DNA of 64,000 nucleotides from Chloroflexota bacterium (lineage in GTDB: Bacteria; Chloroflexota; Dehalococcoidia; Lucifugimonadales; GCA-002723415), in contig PBOA01000033.1 of NCBI GenBank assembly GCA_002723415.1, positions 4,752-68,751 on the forward strand, written 5' to 3'. Numbering within the stretch: the first letter of the stretch is position 1; each line of letters opens with the position of its first letter. The notes beneath the pieces were generated by a model, which saw only the letters and a program-made list of their open reading frames with translations, made no database searches and was not told where the DNA came from. A program made the position numbers and the translations under genes. Shown one piece after another: positions 59,697 to 64,000 of this stretch.

Positions 59697-60125
59697 ATGT
59701 ATATCATTATTTTAGGTGCAGGAACAATAGGTACTTCTATTGCTGAAATTTTAATAAAAAACCAACATGAAGTTGCAGTAATTGATTCAAATGAAGAAAA
59801 GTGTAAGCTAATTGATAATAAACTAGGAAGTATTAGTGTTTTAGGAAATATATCTTTACCAAATTCATTACTTAACGCAGGTATATCTAGGGCAGACTTA
59901 TTTATTTCAACTACGAAAAATGATGCGAAAAATATGCTGTCATGTCAATTAGCTAAAGATTATTTCAAAGTACAATATACAGTTAGTATTACTCATTCAA
60001 AAGAAATTAGTCGCTTATTAGATACAATCAATGTAAACTATACAATAAATATTAATGAACATATCACAAATGAGTTGATAGCAAAAATAAAAATGCTTGG
60101 ATTTAATATAAACGTGAGTAACTAA
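59697..60125 (+). CDS. Stand-alone TrkA-N (RCK_N) domain protein
   Basis: IILGAG.IG, AGI..AD....T..D..N...CQLAK; no RCK_C domain. Confidence 0.82.
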   Translation: MYIIILGAGTIGTSIAEILIKNQHEVAVIDSNEEKCKLIDNKLGSISVLGNISLPNSLLNAGISRADLFISTTKNDAKNMLSCQLAKDYFKVQYTVSITHSKEISRLLDTINVNYTININEHITNELIAKIKMLGFNINVSN

Positions 60126-60967
60126 TGAATAAATTAGCCTTTCTAGGCCCAATAGGATCGTACACAAATGAAGCTGCTATTAATTATAATAAAAATTTAG
60201 AGCTTATAAATTGCAATTCTATACCTCAAGTTATTGAAAAAGTCAGAACGGGTTTAGCAGATGAAGGAATATTACCTATTGAAAATAGTATTGAAGGTCC
60301 TGTAACTTCAACAATTGATTTGTTAATCCAAGAACCTAAATTAAAAATCAAAACTGAAACAGTTATAGCTATCAAACATTGCCTTTTAATAAAGGAACCA
60401 ACAGAATTAGAAAACATTCAATATGTTTATTCGCATCCCCAGGCTTTATCACAATGTAGAAATTTTTTATCTTCTAATTTACCTAAAGCAAAATTAATTG
60501 CTTCTTTAAGTACCTCTAATGCAGTTGAAGAAATGAAAAAATCAAAAGTTACTTCAGCAGCTATAGCTAATCATAAATGTGCATCAATATATAATGTACA
60601 GATAATAGCCACCAAAATTAGTGATAACGAAAATAATTATACACGTTTTATTGTTTTATCAAATATAGATAATAAACAAACAGGAAAAGACAAAACATCT
60701 ATTTGCTTTGATTTCCCTCATGATTCTCCAGGTATTCTTTATATGGTCTTAGAAAAATTTGCAAAAAGACATATTAACCTAACTAAGATCGAATCAAGAC
60801 CAAGTAAAACAAATTTAGGAAATTATATATTTCTAATAGACCTTGAAGGCCATAAAGATGATGAAATTATCAATGAATGTTTTAATGAAATTAAACCACT
60901 AATTTCGATGTTTAAAATATTTGGCTCATATCCAATATTTAATATGTCAAATATTTCAAAAAATTAA
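60125..60967 (+). CDS. pheA: Prephenate dehydratase
   Basis: AFLGP.GSY, PIENS.EG, SHPQAL.QC, N.TRF, INLTKIESRP (ACT domain). Confidence 0.95.
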   Translation: MNKLAFLGPIGSYTNEAAINYNKNLELINCNSIPQVIEKVRTGLADEGILPIENSIEGPVTSTIDLLIQEPKLKIKTETVIAIKHCLLIKEPTELENIQYVYSHPQALSQCRNFLSSNLPKAKLIASLSTSNAVEEMKKSKVTSAAIANHKCASIYNVQIIATKISDNENNYTRFIVLSNIDNKQTGKDKTSICFDFPHDSPGILYMVLEKFAKRHINLTKIESRPSKTNLGNYIFLIDLEGHKDDEIINECFNEIKPLISMFKIFGSYPIFNMSNISKN

Positions 60968-61326
60968 ATTGCTTTAGTTTGATCTTTTTTTGTATCTATT
61001 CCTATATCTTCAATTTCTGAAAACAAATCAACTTGATTGTCAATTATTTCTATATCTGTGCTCTTTTGCTTATTAATTTGATTATTAAGATTTTCTACTA
61101 CTGGCTGCATTACATCTTTAAATTCTTCAACAACAGGAGTCAAACCTTCTTTCAATATAGATGCAAATTCTTCAGCTCTAGATTTCCAAATCTCACTTTG
61201 TTCAGCTAATTCAACTCTAGTTTCCGAACCTGGTTTAGGGGCAATAAGAATCCCAACAACAGTACCAACTAAGCTTCCAAACATAAATCCTAACATCGAA
61301 AACCCTCCATTACCTTTTTTAGACAT
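60964..61326 (-). CDS. YtxH domain protein
   Basis: GF..G...G...G.L.APK.G.ETR; ATG 61326 overlaps the upstream stop. Confidence 0.85.
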   Translation of the reverse strand: MSKKGNGGFSMLGFMFGSLVGTVVGILIAPKPGSETRVELAEQSEIWKSRAEEFASILKEGLTPVVEEFKDVMQPVVENLNNQINKQKSTDIEIIDNQVDLFSEIEDIGIDTKKDQTKAI

Positions 61327-61621
61327 TTTGTTCCTCTGGGTTATTTTTATTATCTTCTTTATCGTTATTTTTAACACCTGTAAAAAATGAAATAAATCTA
61401 CTTAAACCAAAACCTAGTTTTGTTCCTTCACCAACGGGATTTATAAATTTTTGTGAAAATTTTGTAGTTATACCATCAACTTGTTCAGAAATACTATCAA
61501 ATGATTGTAATAGACGCATTATTTTTTTGAAAGTAAGTAATCCAATAATTAAAATTACTATCGCAACTATAATCAAAACAAAATCACGTATGATACCTAA
61601 TGTCTGAGCAAATTCATTCAC
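61319..61621 (-). CDS. Small membrane protein (YtxG/DUF948-like)
   Basis: N-terminal TM plus coiled coil, directly upstream of YtxH; GTG start with GAGGTG nearby. Confidence 0.6.
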   Translation of the reverse strand: MNEFAQTLGIIRDFVLIIVAIVILIIGLLTFKKIMRLLQSFDSISEQVDGITTKFSQKFINPVGEGTKLGFGLSRFISFFTGVKNNDKEDNKNNPEEQNV

Positions 61622-61686
61622 TTTTCACCTCAACAATTACAATGATTTTATCATTAATAAATTTGCATAACAATCAACATTATGAA

Positions 61687-62688
61687 TTATGGCGAAATAA
61701 GCATTCTAAGAAAACCTTTTTCATCTTTTCTCTGAGTTAAAATATTATGATTTTCTTTTTCAACCCACATTAATATATCATAGGTATTTAAAACATCTGG
61801 AATAACAACTTCAATAAAAGAATGAGCTTTATTGTTTATTTCCTCAGACAATGCCGCAATAATACCCGCACACGTTTTTCCTGTGCCATCAATGACTTTC
61901 CAGTCATTTGAATCATTAACTATATTATTTTTTATATTTCCTAAATCTTCTAATACTTCAATTTCTCCAGTTTTACGTAAATTTACTTGACGTTTAAATT
62001 CAGCTACGGATTCAGAATAAACTCCATTATCTCTATTTCCTTTAGAACAAACAGCGCCTCTTACACCTACAATGTCCGGATTGACTCTAGCTAACTCATC
62101 TAAATCAGACATTTTCAGGTGTCCAGATAAAGCAGTACTCATTCCATCAGACTTACCTTCCATTACAATATTTTTAAGTTCAGATTCAGATAAAAAGTCA
62201 AACAAATTTCTACCATCTTTTGTTAAAGTATCTATAAGCCAACCATCACATTCGCCTTCTCTTGCTAATTTAGGCATCAAATGAGGATCTAATCCTCCTT
62301 CATATAAAACATTATCAGCAAAAAGAGATCCAATTAATTTTGTATCAGTACCTTCCAAAGCTTCTTTTGAAGCTTGAAGGACTTCTACTGCTTTGTTGTA
62401 TTCTGCTTGCATAAATCCAACTTTTACAGACGTAGCTTGCATTTGCCCAGCTGCCCAAACAGCCATAGCTACTGTTCCTTCTTGATTTGGGACTACTCCT
62501 AAAGTTAAAGAAGCATGTATTTCACTAGGGACGGCATTTCTTACATCTTTAAATACATTAGGTCTAGCTGAACCTACTAAAGCTTCTTGTAAATTCTTAA
62601 CGTCAACTATATCTGCTCCACCTTTCATAGCTTCATAAGCTTCTGCTAAGTTTTGAACGCTAACCATTAATATCATAACTTTTACCAC
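61687..62688 (-). CDS. MfnB/DUF556 (5-formylfuran-3-yl)methyl phosphate synthase family fused to C-terminal TusA/SirA-like domain (likely ATG 62676)
   Basis: SV....EA..A..GGADIVDVKN, VKVG, FAD, DT..KDG..LFD, ALSG.L, PDI.GVRGAVC; tail IDGTGKTC...EV......DI..W.....H. Confidence 0.85.
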   Translation of the reverse strand: MVKVMILMVSVQNLAEAYEAMKGGADIVDVKNLQEALVGSARPNVFKDVRNAVPSEIHASLTLGVVPNQEGTVAMAVWAAGQMQATSVKVGFMQAEYNKAVEVLQASKEALEGTDTKLIGSLFADNVLYEGGLDPHLMPKLAREGECDGWLIDTLTKDGRNLFDFLSESELKNIVMEGKSDGMSTALSGHLKMSDLDELARVNPDIVGVRGAVCSKGNRDNGVYSESVAEFKRQVNLRKTGEIEVLEDLGNIKNNIVNDSNDWKVIDGTGKTCAGIIAALSEEINNKAHSFIEVVIPDVLNTYDILMWVEKENHNILTQRKDEKGFLRMLISP

Positions 62689-62691
62689 CTA

Positions 62692-63690
62692 TTAATATTT
62701 TTTAAAATTTAAAAGATCTGAAACTGAAGGAAGAAAGTCTTTCAAGTCTGCTTTAAGCTCTAATTTATCTGAATCACTCATATTTAATAGTGGATTCCTA
62801 ACATGCCCACCAGCCATACCCATTAATTCTCCCCAATATTTACATAAAGAAACTGGCAAGACTCCATTCATACTACTAACTATTCTAGGCCACCATTTAT
62901 CTGATATAGATTTTATAGGTTTTATTTTCGAATCATAAAAATTCTGATCTAAATGGCCTTGTATTGCTTGATCAATAAATTGAACATAATTATTTTTTCC
63001 TGGCAGATCAAATCTCCAATCAGATGTATTTGCAAACATAACACGTTGTTGAAAACCCAATTCTTTACCTTTTTCAAATATCCATTCATCTGGAGTACTT
63101 ATTAAAACTTTATCACCTAATAATATATGTGTATCAATCGATAATTGCTTGTTGAAACTAGCTTCTTTCACTCCTACTACATTTGGGATTTCACAAATCT
63201 TCTTCAATCCTTCAGGAGACATAACAATCCCAAATTGAGGTGAATTATAAAACATTATTGCTAAAGAAGTATTTTCAGCTAATATTTTAACAAATTCTAC
63301 TACCTGTTCTTCAGTTTTAGTAACCATATACGGTGCTGCTACAATTACCAAATCAAATCCTAAAGATTCAACATGATTAGTTAAATTAAGCATCTCTTTC
63401 ACAGATGTATGTGTAACATGTGCCCCAATCATCCAGTTACCTTTAGATTCATCAGCTAAAATATCATATATTTGTATTTTTTCAGAGAAAGTTAAGCTCC
63501 AAAACTCCCCCATAGCCCAAGTACACCCTACACCACTAGTCCCTAAAGAACGAATACGCCTAATGTTTTTTCTTAGTCCTCCTTCATCGATGAGGTCATC
63601 TTCAGTAAAGGGGGTAATTAATGTAGACCATTGTCCCTTAATATTAGATCTAGCCCAGTCTTTTGATTCATTTTTTTTATATGAAGGCAA
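62692..63690 (-). CDS. DapA/NAL-family class I aldolase (not canonical DapA)
   Basis: TPF....ID, WAMGEFWSLT in place of GTTGE, FYN, PNVVGVKEAS Schiff-base Lys. Confidence 0.85.
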   Translation of the reverse strand: MPSYKKNESKDWARSNIKGQWSTLITPFTEDDLIDEGGLRKNIRRIRSLGTSGVGCTWAMGEFWSLTFSEKIQIYDILADESKGNWMIGAHVTHTSVKEMLNLTNHVESLGFDLVIVAAPYMVTKTEEQVVEFVKILAENTSLAIMFYNSPQFGIVMSPEGLKKICEIPNVVGVKEASFNKQLSIDTHILLGDKVLISTPDEWIFEKGKELGFQQRVMFANTSDWRFDLPGKNNYVQFIDQAIQGHLDQNFYDSKIKPIKSISDKWWPRIVSSMNGVLPVSLCKYWGELMGMAGGHVRNPLLNMSDSDKLELKADLKDFLPSVSDLLNFKKY

Positions 63691-63786
63691 TTATAACTCC
63701 CAAATAAATTATTATAAACAAGACACAAATAATATATACAAAAAATTGATAATTAAATTAAGCACAAAGTATTAATTAGTTCCTAA

Positions 63787-63978
63787 TTAAGTTTTACTGG
63801 ATACCTTGCTTTGATTTCTAAGACATTTAGTACATATATTGACTTGCCTGAAAGCACCTTTATCATATATCTTAGATCTTTGAATATTAGCTAATGAACG
63901 TGTTCGGGTACGCTTTTTTGAATGACTAACATTATTTCCATATTGTCCAGACTTAAGACAGATTTCACACCTAGCCAT
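63787..63978 (-). CDS. rpmB: 50S ribosomal protein L28 (Zn-binding form)
   Basis: MARCEIC.K....GNNVSHS..RT.....N.Q...ICTKCLR. Confidence 0.95.
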   Translation of the reverse strand: MARCEICLKSGQYGNNVSHSKKRTRTRSLANIQRSKIYDKGAFRQVNICTKCLRNQSKVSSKT

Positions 63979-64000
63979 AATTCTCCTTTGAATGTTAATG

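Noticed and set aside
62692-63690. Calling this gene dapA
   Set aside because: It lacks the GTTGE motif and has no lysine-pathway context.
6263-63775. Many short ORFs of 60-120 aa (e.g. 6263, 9333, 10579, 29448, 33334, 36523, 37266, 42919, 57536, 63563)
   Set aside because: They lie antisense or out of frame within well-supported genes and have no recognisable motifs, so they are shadow ORFs.

Overview
A gene-dense, strongly AT-rich bacterial chromosome segment (about 30% GC by eye, not computed) with tiny intergenic gaps and many non-ATG starts. Gene content suggests marine Chloroflexota (SAR202/Dehalococcoidia-like), which is an inference: cofE, futalosine-type mqnL/mqnP/ubiX, multiple PhyH dioxygenases, hydantoinase A/B, an orphan Mo-hydroxylase and UPF0182. 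Housekeeping genes (prs, secA, valS, leuS, leuB, nth, tsaD, rpe, argC/J/B/D/G/H, ktrAB, pheA, rpmB, tRNA-Glu) are interleaved with catabolic genes. I saw no CRISPR array, IS, integrase, prophage or rRNA. Best candidates for undescribed systems: (1) a tandem pair of fold-type III PLP proteins with complementary motif loss (one lacks the Schiff-base Lys), possibly an obligate heterodimer, co-oriented with an EctD-like hydroxylase and RidA (30757-34361); (2) an MfnB-family enzyme fused to a TusA-like Cys domain, coupled to a DapA-like aldolase (61687-63690); (3) a three-gene His/Cys-rich envelope module resembling a metal (Cu?) acquisition system, behind a phage-type nuclease (1322-5016); (4) an orphan Mo-hydroxylase large subunit paired with an internally duplicated chlorite-dismutase-like protein (47311-50329); (5) argB appears to start at ATT.
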